Shown here one piece after another: positions 1 through 12,200 of a DNA stretch of 64,000 nt. Within the stretch, counting starts at the first letter, position 1. Each line of letters begins with the position of its first letter. Both the position numbers and the translations under genes were made by a program. The notes under the pieces are model-generated. The model made no database searches, was not told the origin of the DNA, and worked only from the letters and a program-made list of their open reading frames with translations. Source of the stretch: Ascidiella aspersa (taxonomy: Eukaryota); assembly GCA_963924565.1 (NCBI GenBank), contig OZ004607.1, positions 25,234,001 to 25,298,000 of the forward strand, given 5' to 3'.

Positions 1-796
1 TACTTTAAAATCAAACCAGTTAAACTTTAATAAATGAATCATAAACCTAAATATTGCTTTACTTACAACATTCCAGTATTATCCATCTCACTGGCTTTAC
101 TCGAAATTAGAATTACTGGGAAATAATAGCAAAAATATAGAAACTACAAAAGTATCCAAACTAACAACAATAGAACGAATCGTTAAGAAATACGGTTGAA
201 AATTGTATTTGAGGAGAGCGTCAAATGATTGGAATTTTGACCACAGGCAAGCGCCGGTTTGTTATTATTTAAAGGGAAGAATTCAGATTTTTCGCAGGGA
301 GGTTGATATTAATATTATTATTTTAGAATCATAACTAATTTAAACGAAACCTATTACCCTAAATGTGTTATACGTAGTACAAGAAACTTTTAATCGTATA
401 TAAGTAGGTTTTAAATATGTAGCCTATATTTAATAAGAGGTATTTTTGATAAGTTTGTGTGGGCGAAAATGCTAATGCACAAAAGCTATTAAATGGAAAG
501 AAACTTTAATGACGAGATATTGCATTTAAAACGTCACTAAGTTATCAAGAAACATCATGTAAAATAGAAAAACAAACAACGCAACCCATTCAAATTTTAA
601 AAATCGTTGGACTATTCCCTTTAAGATTTCTTTATTTTAGTGCCACGTGCTTCGTACAGAAACGGCTATAAAACCCTGTACTTTTAGCGTGGAGTTATTC
701 ATTTTGCCCTATAGTTAATTTTGTTCGTTACAGAGTTTATTACTTTATGCTGATTTTCATCGTTCTAATTTGAAGGTGATCTTGGATTTGTCTACG

Positions 797-3700
797 ATGG
801 AACATTTGCGAATTGTGTAAGTGCAAAAAAAAAAGTTTTCAATCTACATATCATGTTTTTATATTTGTAGTTGTTAAATTAAATTGGCAGTTCTTCGTAA
901 ACCATTTCCGCAAGTAACTGTATTTATGTTTTATTTACTTAGGTTTTTGTTTGCCCTGCTGTCACTGACAATCCGGTGTAGAGGTAAGTTACCAAAGGAA
1001 ATTGTTCCTGTATATTTAATCGCGTGTTCGCATTATTTTTTTTTGCAGGCCACGATAGTGACACTGAACACGTTCATGAAGAAATCGGTGATTTACCAAC
1101 TGCCCAATTTAACGAAACTGCCGACGATAATGTTCTTCGCTCTGCATTGGGTAAAACTTTTTAATGATTGTTCACTTAATTTTAGCGGAAGTCTACGCCG
1201 AAATTGTTTTGTGTTTTATAGACGTGGTTGAGCAAGAGAACGTGCCCGAAGACGACGGAATAGAAGCTCGAATGGCTGTAGATTGTCCAAGCACGGTTGT
1301 GTGCGGTCCTGGACAGCAATGCACTATGCACCTGTGAGTAGCCTCTACCTTGTTTTTAGTACCTAATATTGCAATCCAAAACTATATGTCGATTTTCTTC
1401 CAAGGGGCTTTCCTAACTGCTTCGTTCCAAACTCTGCGTGCAGCACCATTCCCTGTGCAAATGGGGGAAGCTGCATAAACAACATGTAAGAAATATTTGT
1501 TTCGGAGTTCAAAATTTTTTATTAGGAGTTTCTATAGATTTCGTGTATTCACAGTTGTCAGTGCCCCTTTGGTTATAGCGGCCACCACTGCAAGACTGCG
1601 CCCGGTGGTTGCCATTCTGGAAGCTGTCAAAACGGCGGTTACTGTGTTTACCAAGCGAACGCCCAATCGCCCATGTAAGATTTCATCGTTTAATCTTTTC
1701 GCTTCGCTTACTTCGTGTGTCTTTAAGTAGTAACGTCTAAAGTTAACGTCTAAAATTATGCTTTAGATGTAGTTGTCTGCCTGGTTTCAGCGGAAGTTCA
1801 TGCGAAACTTACACCCCGTTGTGTAATGCTGCTACTTGCCTAAACGGCGGTAAATGCCTTTACAATGCAGCGACGGCGTCCTACAGCTAACTAAACCTAA
1901 TTGTTGCAGTAAAGCCCGCCCTACCAAGCCTTTAATGTCCCCTATTCCTCAGCTGCCAGTGTGTCGGTCCATGGACAGGGCCGAACTGCGCCACTTCCTC
2001 AACAAGACTATCGTCAGATCCTTGCCAACAGAACTTGTGCCAGGGCGACTGCAACTGCCAACCATCTTGCAAGCACGAGAACGGTTACGTTTGCATCTCT
2101 GCTAAAGGTTTTCTCGGAAGACATTGCACCATTCGTATGTGAACCTTAATTTCATTTTTGGTTTTTCTATCTCTGTTTTTGCGCTATGGCCGTACTTTTG
2201 TTTGCAGCGGTACCAGAACTCCTGTGCTCTGCCCAACAGATCACCGTGGATATTTCTAACGAGTTTTACAACGAATGGGATTTGTCGCAGGCCAATAGCT
2301 ACATTTACATGGCTCCCACTTCCGATTCCCCAGCAAGTCAATTGCAGGAGTGTAGAGGTTGCTTTTATTAAAACATTGTAGATTATATATCCTTCCAGTA
2401 CCCCTAAAAAACACCCCCATATCTTTTCAGCACGATTAGTCGGATCCTCCTACCGAATCACACTAAGCCACCCGTTCACCCAATGCGGAACTGTACCTAC
2501 AACTAGTGGTACGACATTTGGTGGCTCCACTGGCGCCAGCGTACTGTTCACGAATAACATTTGGATCAACAAGAACTTAGTCGGAGCCTTCGACATGCCG
2601 TTTGCCGTGATTCGCGTGCAGTGTGTCTACTCGGATTTGTATTCGGTGTACACTTCGCTTCGACCAGTGTTAGTACCTTGCATATTGCATAGTGTTTTTC
2701 TACTTAGTCACTTTAATGTTTTTTTAGCATGCAAGACCCAGTGCGGTTGACTGACAGCATGTCATACGAAGTAATTTCCACACTGTGCAAGACTTCAACA
2801 TGCAACGCAGTCTGCCCTGCGAACTTGGTCATGCAGCCCTCCGCTGTCTACACAGTGGGACAAATTTTGCACCTCGGTTTCGGGATTAAGCACATTCAGC
2901 CAGTAATAACTATTACGCAACGGTATTTTTTTCTAAAATGAGTACCCGTTTTAAAAAATACTGTTCCAGGTTGAGCTCGACGACGCTACTACGAACGCTC
3001 CTTTCGTTCATCACGTCACTATTTCCTGTTCGACTGCTGCCACTTCTCAAACTAGTTTACTTAACTTATACGAAAATGGGTATTAGTTTGCTGCCAACGG
3101 TTTGGCTTTACGAAAGTTTTAATCTGCCTAATTAAAAAATTATGTAAAGGTGCCCCACAAACCATGGAACTGCGTTGAACAGCAAGTTAAATTCCAATTT
3201 AATCGGGAAAAACCTTTGCCTCTCTTTCCGCCTACCACGAATGAGAAGTTGCGGTGAAATGTTCATCGAGATTCGCTTTCAGATATGCCACGACAGTACT
3301 ATTTCACGGGTAAGCACTAATTATCTTTTACAAATGTACGAATCTTTTTCGCCTCCCCATTACTGTAGGTCTGTTCCGATGGTTCGATAGTGCAAACATG
3401 CCCCACTAAGTACGGCCGCAGACGCCGTTCAATTCAAGGTGCTGGTAAGCCCGTACTGATTGGTCCGATTTACATTCTTGAGCCTACCGAGGGAACCGAT
3501 CATTTGACGTTTTTGGCGGACTACTCGGATTTCGTCATCGATGGCATAAATGCAACTAGAGTTGATCAACGCTTTCCGGAGACTTCCTTTTCACCGGCCT
3601 CGCCCACAGAAACCACAATCAGCCGTTCAAACAATCCAGGTAATCCATTTGAGTATATTTTCAAAAATATTGGAACTGCAGTTAATAACAAACCATTTTT

Positions 3701-3829
3701 TTTTCAGACCTTCCTCTACTATTTTTTGTGGTCAGTTTATTCCTTCTGTTCCTTGCTTTCCTCGTTACAACAGTGCTCTTCCTGTATCGCAAACGCTCGT
3801 CACCAAAAATGCATGGTCTAGCAATGTGA
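797..3829 (+). CDS. EGF-repeat and zona pellucida (ZP) domain type-I membrane protein (uromodulin / ascidian vitelline-coat-protein-like), about 15 exons
   Basis: Manual splice, approximate exons 797-816, 943-983, 1049-1150, 1222-1333, 1405-1485, 1555-1674, 1767-1886, 1953-2134, 2208-2357, 2431-2668, 2728-~2902, 2970-3079, 3150-3309, 3369-~3640, 3708-3829. Product: signal peptide MEHLRIVFLFALLSLTIRCRG; acidic spacer; EGF repeats (CSTIPCANGGSCINNICQCPFGYSGHHC; CHSGSCQNGGYC..CSCLPGFSGSSC; CNAATCLNGGKC..SCQCVGPWTGPNC; a fourth atypical repeat); ZP-N (LLCSAQQITVDI..FTQCGT..FTNNIW..QCVY); ZP-C (YTVGQILHLG..ENGCP); furin site RRRRS; EHP-like IGPIYI; TM LLFFVVSLFLLFLAFLVTTVLFLY; short tail. AATAAA at ~3903. 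Confidence 0.88.
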
Positions 3830-4639
3830 TGCTATGCTGTTCACATTTTTTCTTTTGCATCGTCAAAACCACATAGTTGTTGGTTGTATTTTTATTTATT
3901 AAAATAAACTTAATTTGACTAATTTAGATGTCCTTTGTTCATCGCATTCCAATAGCGTTTTATTTTAAGGCGGGCTGTTCATTCCAGAGCAACTAAATAA
4001 GAGCTTTTTGGTCGTGAGTAAAACAAAAGTAGAATTGTTACGTTTTAGAGTTTAAATGATGTTTTGTGCTGATTTTCGGCATGTAAACAACGAAAGAATT
4101 AGGGCTGGTAGGGCAAGCAATTGGTGTAAAATCTTTTTTAAACCAGTAATTCAGCACGTTTCATGACATGACTATAGTATTTTTTTGGAAATCAATCCAA
4201 CGTCTCGCAAAGTCTTGTTGAAAGTAAATAACTCGAAATGCAAAAAATTTGGATATTTGGGCATTTTTAAGCGTCATCACTTTTTTGAGAAAAGAGGACA
4301 TAATGCAGGCCTAATGTAGACAGTCTTATCTTAACCATCGCGCTTGTACCCTTTAGAGCTTTAATAAAATTTTATTGTACCCCTATGTACAATCGCTAAA
4401 GTAAATAAAATTATTAATTTCTACCTTGCGTGTTAAATGCATGTATAGTTCAACAGTATTTATAACACGCAAATAAATAGTCAATTTACTAATGGCTTTT
4501 GGTTGTTGCTTTTCGTGAAATACGCATTCTTCACAAATGTGTAAAACAGCGCATAATTTTACACTGCATTTCGTACCCCCTGCTTTGGTTCTTCGTACCA
4601 CCGGGGGTACACTTAACCACTCTACCTTCTACTCTTAAC

Positions 4640-4916
4640 CAGGGTTATCGACCGGGGTGCCACGGGCGCCCTGGTAATGCTCGGAGGTGCCGATAGGTAG
4701 GCCCATTTGAGAATTTGTAGAATCTGATATTTGCTCATTTGGTAAGCTTTTTGATACAGCTATTTGTGAACGATCAAATGACATATTCCTGTTTTAAGTT
4801 GATTGTGTTGTCTCAGTTCCATTTATAGTGTCATTGCAGTAAAATACTCGGGGTGCCGAAAATATATTTATTATATTTAAGGGGTGCCGTAGTCCCCAAA
4901 AGGTTGAGAATCGCTG
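4640..4916. mobile_element. Degenerate MITE, same family as 38678-38938
   Basis: Ends CAGGGTTATCGACC and GGTTGAGAATCGCTG; repeated GGGGTGCC(G) motifs; 3' end GGGTGCCGTAG..AAAAGGTTG shared with the 38.9-kb copy. Confidence 0.6.
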
Positions 4917-6223
4917 CCGTAGAATGTAGTACCGAAAGTATCTTGTTCAAGCGTAACTTTCATTTCGCCGCCGGCAAAAGCGCACGAAAAAAGCAAGCTG
5001 AAGCGGTAGGCGCCATAGCTTCAACTTAACATAAACAACGCGATCATAATAATCCAACCATTCTGCAGTGGTTAGGGCGGTTGGCAGTGTTATTTCGGAT
5101 TTGCTAGGCATTTATGTGAAATATCACAATAGGTTTTAGTGTATCGGAAACTGGTTTTGCTGATTGTGAATTAGGGTATTTTGTGTGGCGTGCATTTGTG
5201 TAGGGTATTTAGGTTAACCAAACTAAGATATTATATTTTGAGCTTGTAAAGCATGAGCTAACATTATTGAAAAATGAAGAAAGCCGCCTAACAGCAAGCT
5301 TAAGCATCAGTTTTTATCTATAAGGAAGGTGTATGTAAGATACTATGGTACACCATGGCCTGACCAAACCATTACCGCAAAAGTGTTTACAAATCACGTA
5401 GGCTGCATTGTTTTGAGCACAATGGCGTCTTACGACTTGCAGTGGACCGTAAAATTTCCAGTGTTCTTACCCGACCACCCAATAGCATTTGATTACTTTT
5501 TACAAATGGTCGGACAGCTGTTGCAAACGTGACCGGAAAATGATTAAAGAGTTTCAAGCAAGTTCAGCGTAATCTGGGCCGGAAACCATTGAACTTTACG
5601 TTTTTTGTCACGCAATACATCCGAGCAAATCGACGATTGATTCGTCAGTTGTTAACAATTAAATTTGTTGATGTTGTTGATGCAGCTTATTCCCGTCAAA
5701 ATTACATAAAATTGACCAATAATGCGATTTTGGTCCGTTATGGGACTTTAAATTAAAGATAAAAAAGCCTCAGTAGATATGTACTTTATGAATGCCCGTT
5801 TTAGAGTTTACTACTTTAATGGGTGCTTTTTGATAAAGGATGATCGTATTTGGTCAGCCAAGTTAACTATGATGTCCTAAATGCTATTTTTGTGGGCAAA
5901 CATTCTGCTCTACATATAGGAAGTGCTACATAACGACATGCTGCTTCCTGTGTTATTGTTTTAGTCAACCCCAGCAGATATCGAATACCTCCCCTACAAT
6001 TACCATGTGCAGGCTAGGCCCTAGGAGGGCAATGTACATAAAACGAAGCGATTCCTGCGTTTTTGTTCGTTTAATTGACGCACTATTGCACATGAAGGTT
6101 TTAAGATATTTAAGCGCCAAGTTGGCTTATTCTGAATTGACCTAAGAGAGAGACAGAGAGAAAGTGCAGCAGATTTGTATAAAATATTAGTTCCGCTGAT
6201 TTGCAGACGGGATATTTAAAATC

Positions 6224-9200
6224 ATGGAGGAAACACGGAAGCTAAAGACCGAAGACGTTGAAACGCTGACTGCCTCCGATCTCCCAAAGGTATATAGTAT
6301 ACTATTGTATGTCTGTTAATGTTTTTAAACGCCTTCTTAAATTTGTGTAAGGTCCGACAACAGAGGTATATACACAGTTAACCTTGACAAACAATTTCAC
6401 TTAAAAAACGATATTTTAATTAAAATGACGATAATCCGAATAGTTTGAAAGATGGCGTATTAGTTTAAAATCATATATACTTACATCGCTGATTTTGCGA
6501 GCCTATAAAACAACCAATTGTTTAGAATGGTTAGCTGGTTTATGTTCGACCATTATCGTTATGAAGGTGACACTTCTTTTTTGCAAGGGACATATTCAGG
6601 CCATATCATGTTGTGAAAACGTGTTTAACATTTAAAGACATATCAGTACGAATTTTAAATAATTGTTTATAGACGTCCATCCCGCAGTCGGTTATTGACG
6701 GATGATAACTATAAAATGAACAAATATGGGTTGTTAAAGATTTTACAGTACTATAATAATATATTTTTTCTAATCCTGAAGCTCCGTGACTGAAAGACGG
6801 CCTGTGTTGTAGGGCCTACAATGTTAAATCTTCTCTTCATGGTCACGTTTTCCTACGGAAGCTTCTGTTTGTATGAAGCCTAGAAACGTTTCGCTCGTTT
6901 TAGTTTTCACCTGTTTAAAACCAAGCCTTGTCCGCCTTTTGCGTGACAAAGCACAGAATTTGAGGTAGAACCGGATAGTTTGTCATAAGCAAGTTTTCCA
7001 CGGCTGCTGATTCTCAAAGCCTCATATACAATATAAAATGTATTCGAGCTCGATTCACCTGAGATATGCTGATTCGTTTCTAGTTTTGGCCTTTTTTGTT
7101 TCATTACATTAAAGTATATGTCCATCACTAGTGTAGCAAAAAATGCAAGAATATCGCGAACAACGACCCAGTTTTGTTGTACACAGAATCGAAACTCAAC
7201 GCTGTGCTATTACATCATACTGATGACGCACGTGACGCTGTTTCTGCAACTCGGGATATTAACCACATCACTAAACCCGGCCACCCCGGCGCTTAGACGA
7301 TTTTTTAACAAAACCTACACGGTGAGCGGTAACCACAAAGTTGTAATGCAATGGAAGAATAATTATACAGCCATGACAGTGTTGAAAGCGTATTTTATTT
7401 GGTAATAAAACCAACGTTGCCCGTTCTGTTATCTTAGTTTGGTATTTTGTAGTGTTGATTTGATGTTGCTATTGCATTTTAGTTGTGGTATAGTGTTAAT
7501 TTAAATATACACACAACGCAACTTGAAATAAAAAAAAACTGGTCAATATTTAAACAACTCATATAACAGCTTTATTTTTCGACTTGGTCTACACGGTCGT
7601 TAAAGGTCGACAGTGGCATCCACGCATGCAACGATTTAGCTTATGCTACTTATTTCCACTACAGGACAGATATTCTGAAGCAGCGTCAGACAGCACGATA
7701 ACCCTTCTTATCACCCTAACGCTATGCATGCTTCTGGCTGGTGCTATACTGGGTTCTGTCGCCACAATGTAGGGAAGTTACTTGTTTTATGAATAAAGTA
7801 TTTTTCTAATACGGAAAATATATCGTTGCTGCTGAATTAATGGTTTCACTATTTTAAAACCATATAGCCTATAGGCCTACTTTTGTGGGAAAGTATGTTT
7901 TCCGACGACTTTACAATTACGATTACTGTTTTTTACGCTGTGTGTACACACTGTATACAGTTTGACCATACTTTGTATAGCGTTTATTGTCACCCAACAT
8001 AAACCTGAAAGCGGATTTTTTTATTTAATAGCCGGATGTCTCACAAATGTAAGTTTTTTAATCAAGGTGTTTTGCAATGAGAACCTCCAGACGCTGTGCC
8101 TTAATTTGGTTCCACGTACTCACTTTGCTTTCCATTGTACTCATGAGCCCGATCACGTATTACACAGGGTCGTATGAGGCGATCATCGTCGGTCGGTTTA
8201 TCAACGGATTTGCTAGAGGCTTTGGAATGAGTAAGTTCGACAAAAACCTGTTTGTTCAGGTTTTGCATTTTAAACAACCTGGTGTCATTTGTTTGAAAAT
8301 TTCGCACACGCATAGGAGCAAGTAGTACGGAAAACATTTATTACAGTATAAGCTTACGAATGCTAAGAGGGACGAGGCCGACTAAAGAAGTTTATTAGAG
8401 ATTAACACTTTTTTTCCCAGTAAAACCTCAAAAATGATTTAGTGGCAATCTAGTGATGTTCAATATCGGGATTCGGTTGTGCCAGCGCAATGTGAAGACG
8501 ACAATGTAAAACGCAAGCATGGTGGGTTATGTAATTAAGGATCAGGTCCTTGGTTAAGGGATAGTGGTTTAAGTGTTATTACCTGCCCAAGATATTACGC
8601 TACTTACTATATGTTTGATTCCAAAGCCGCACGTGCTCTTAACGCAATAGTTCTCTTACGGATATACGGTGAATATAAGTTCAGTGAGTTATTTCACACT
8701 TTTAACTAAATATTTGTGCACACCACTGACAATGCAAAAATAAGATAATGCTATCGGGTTAGGTGGCATCTGAAGCGTATATTCAACAACTCACTTTCTA
8801 TTAAAGTTCACTCTTGTTTACTGCCCGAAAGCTTATCATGCGTGAAAAAGTTAACCGTGAAACCGCCAGGGGTTTTCACATTTTTCTTTACTGATGGGTT
8901 GAATGCTTTGCCTTTCAAAATGCTGAAAAACGTTTTCTGAGCAAATCGTATTATAAACTTTGTGCAACAAAGTAGTTGAAAAAACACAGAAAGACACGCC
9001 GGTATTCATTATATTATGGGGAAAATGTTTGTTTGCTTTGCACTTCAGCAATCAATACTAAAAACAGTGGTTTAGGAATGTGCTATTTAGCAAGCAACTT
9101 ATACAAGATATTTGTGGGTTATTGTGTGACTCTTTAAAATCCTTAAAGGCTAAGCGTTATTGACGTTAAATAGTAGAAATTCCCTTTGACACTATTTCAA

Positions 9201-12200
9201 CCATCTGGTTGTTTCTAGGCAAAACTATAGTTTTGGATATATACTTCTTTAATATAAAATACTAACTTGTAACTGAGGGGCAATAGTAAACACCCATTTG
9301 CCTAAATAGGGCCCGTGCGTCTCATGTATAGTCTCGGCACATTCAAATGTGAACGTCCTATTGATTCGTACGTGACAATAAAGATTACCTTTCGCCGATA
9401 AAACCAAACCCTGTTGATCTACAGAGCCTTTTGGAACCGCGAAGCAGCTTGTATTTACGGATCTTAGTCAGCAACGTTATAGGGAAAAATGTGTCGAATA
9501 AACATGATTCAATCGATTTACATGTGTGCAGTGGGTCCACCCTATATACGTTGTGTAGTCTACAACTGAAAGACCGCCCGGCTACGTGCGACCACCGGCG
9601 TAACTCCACTAAAAGCCGAATTTCCGCTACCGTCTGACAATTGCCAACACTGCTGTAATAGCTTTACAAATTACTTGAATCCTGCAATATCCCTGTGATG
9701 TACCACCGCAAACTGTTCGCAATTACATTGCGATTCATTGTTAAATATAGACGAAAATAAGGTTTTGTGTTAAAAGCGCTCTTGGTCTCCCCGGTTACAC
9801 TCTCAAAAAACATTTTTAATAACGAAAAACGCTGTGATTTTTAATTTAACACTTGCAAAACGTTGCATTCTGAAACAAATTTTGCCGTAATAAGCGAGGT
9901 CTTTCAGAATTGCCCCTAAACGTAGTCGTATTGTTAAGGAGTGATATAGCAAAGCTTCTCTATGGCGTTTATATTTGATGACAACCAAAGCATGAAGAGA
10001 AAGCGTTAGTTTTTATCAAAATTGTTTTGCGTGGTTTTGTATCCATTATAAAAAAAGTCCAGATAATTAGATACATGGACACCAGAACTGAATGACCAGC
10101 CTACATTAGTTAATTAACCCTCGATATGAATCTGAACCATATGAATATATGAAGTGATGAGTGTGTTCTTTTTCTGAACGACTAATATAGAGTTTTTTGT
10201 TTAGCCCATCTGTGATGCCGTGGTCTAGCCATACTAAAATAGCTAAACGTTGTGCTTCCTATAATACACCACTCTTTGTCGAGAAAGTTCATAAGCTCTT
10301 GCGTTCCATACTTTTCTTCCAGCATGGCAAGACGCTTTATAGCGCTTTTTATTCTTTGCATTGCAAGCTCTGTTCAGTCATTTACGTGAAATACACAGAG
10401 ACAAAGAGTTATATACCGATTGATAGTTCCTTGACATGGATAAAATGATTGAGTTTAACGTTAGGCCTCAGTCTTGCAACAAACAAAAGCCCAAAGTTAA
10501 GCGTAAATAGGAGATCCGATGCTAACTCCTAACGTTTGAAGCACTAAGTAGTGAAAATCACCTTTGTGTCACTTGGGTTTGCGATACCGATACAGGCTGT
10601 CTATACCTTGATGATTGTAAATGTTTAAATTATGGCCTATAAACTGTACTTTAAACCAAGGCTGCAATCGCGCTCGGTTCGCTCGCCAGGTGTGCCAACA
10701 CTGAGCTAGATTAACTTTAAATGTTAGCGCGTTCCCTCAAAGTAGTTTTATTAGTTTTATTACTTCGTTAGTAGTATGGATGACGACGTGTGAACTCGAA
10801 TTTAAACCAACCAAACGCTTTTATTCGCTCCTTGCGCCAACACTACAGCCTTCTTAAATGTTATTACGATCGGAGGTCCGGCTGATTCACAATTGTTTTA
10901 ACATGAAAATAACACAATTCTTAGTTATCATTTTGTGCGGCCCGCAGAGATCTTTCTGAGTTTGGTTTTGGCCCGCGACTAGAAAAAGGTTGCCGACCCC
11001 TGCTGTAGAGTTATGGCTGAACTCGGGACTCGACGAAATCGCACATGTGAGCGGAGTTGAACCCGGAATCGGGAGTCGGCCTCGGGTTTATTTTTTGGCC
11101 AGATTAGAACTCGGGAGTCGGACTCGGCTAATTTTTAACCGACTCCGCAACCCTGCTTTAAACTGAAGCTAACTGTACTTAACGTAGCTCTATATACAAG
11201 AAAAATTACAATTGACAATTATAAAACAATATTTTAATATAAAGCGGGTAAAAGGCACAGTATATAAGAAATCAGACGCGTCATATATAAGAATCAGACG
11301 CGTCAACACGATAATCCTTCTCCCGTGGTAGTTAAGCGCACCTGGGTTGGCCCTATACTCTTTACTCGAGGGTTTGCGCGGCCGCGGCGCATAAAACCTT
11401 CTAAATAAAGCTTTTCCTTTGATAGTTATTTTACTGGGAATATACTGGTACACCAGTCCAAACAGTATCAACTAACGGACAATAATAGTTGGAGGCTTTG
11501 ACAATAAAACGCACAGTTTAGTTTACACGTTCTGCGGGTCTGCGGGTGCAACCAAATGTTCTTCTTTCGACAAAGAACCTTATAATAATGTTGTTTAAAT
11601 GGGCCATACTATAATATCCAACTTACTTTAAAATCACTATTATTGAAGTTTTTAACCTGCTTGGACTAAAATATGGTGTATTTAACCTTACAAAACAAAA
11701 TCTAATCTTGCTGAGATCCCTTGAACCGTGCCCACTGCCCATTATTCACTTTTTATATACTTTATAGATATCGTGACTTTGTATGTGACTGAAACGTCGT
11801 GCAGAGAGAATATGTCACTGTCTCAAAGTCCACCAGGTTGGTTGGTGCCGCTTGGATTCGTAATTGGGACCGTCACTGGACATCCGAAGGTTGTCTATTT
11901 TTTTTAAATAATTTATTTTTTATAATACCTAATGATGTTATGTTGTTATAGCTAAATCGACAAGTTATATAGTAAGAATAATATTATTGAAGAATGCTTT
12001 AAACATAAAAGCGAAGTCATAAAATGTGTGTCATAATTTTATATTGCTTTTCAAAGAGGTTAAATGTTTCTAATTGGTCATTGACCATTAACATACCGTG
12101 AAAGTCACTAACTGCAGGTTTTTACGTTATACTTCGTCGATGTACATTAAGTAATGTTTTTTTACGGATCCGAAGTAAACTAATGTTACTGGAAATAATT

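Noticed and set aside
884-3876. ORF-track peptides such as 884-1231, 1497-1730, 1854-2105 and 3550-3876 as separate genes
   Set aside because: They are off-frame or intron read-through shadows of the spliced EGF-ZP gene.
6790-6900. CTGAAAGA..GGCC..GGCC and GAAACGTT resembling a second hammerhead
   Set aside because: The boxes are not correctly spaced; no GAAA directly follows the putative stem II.
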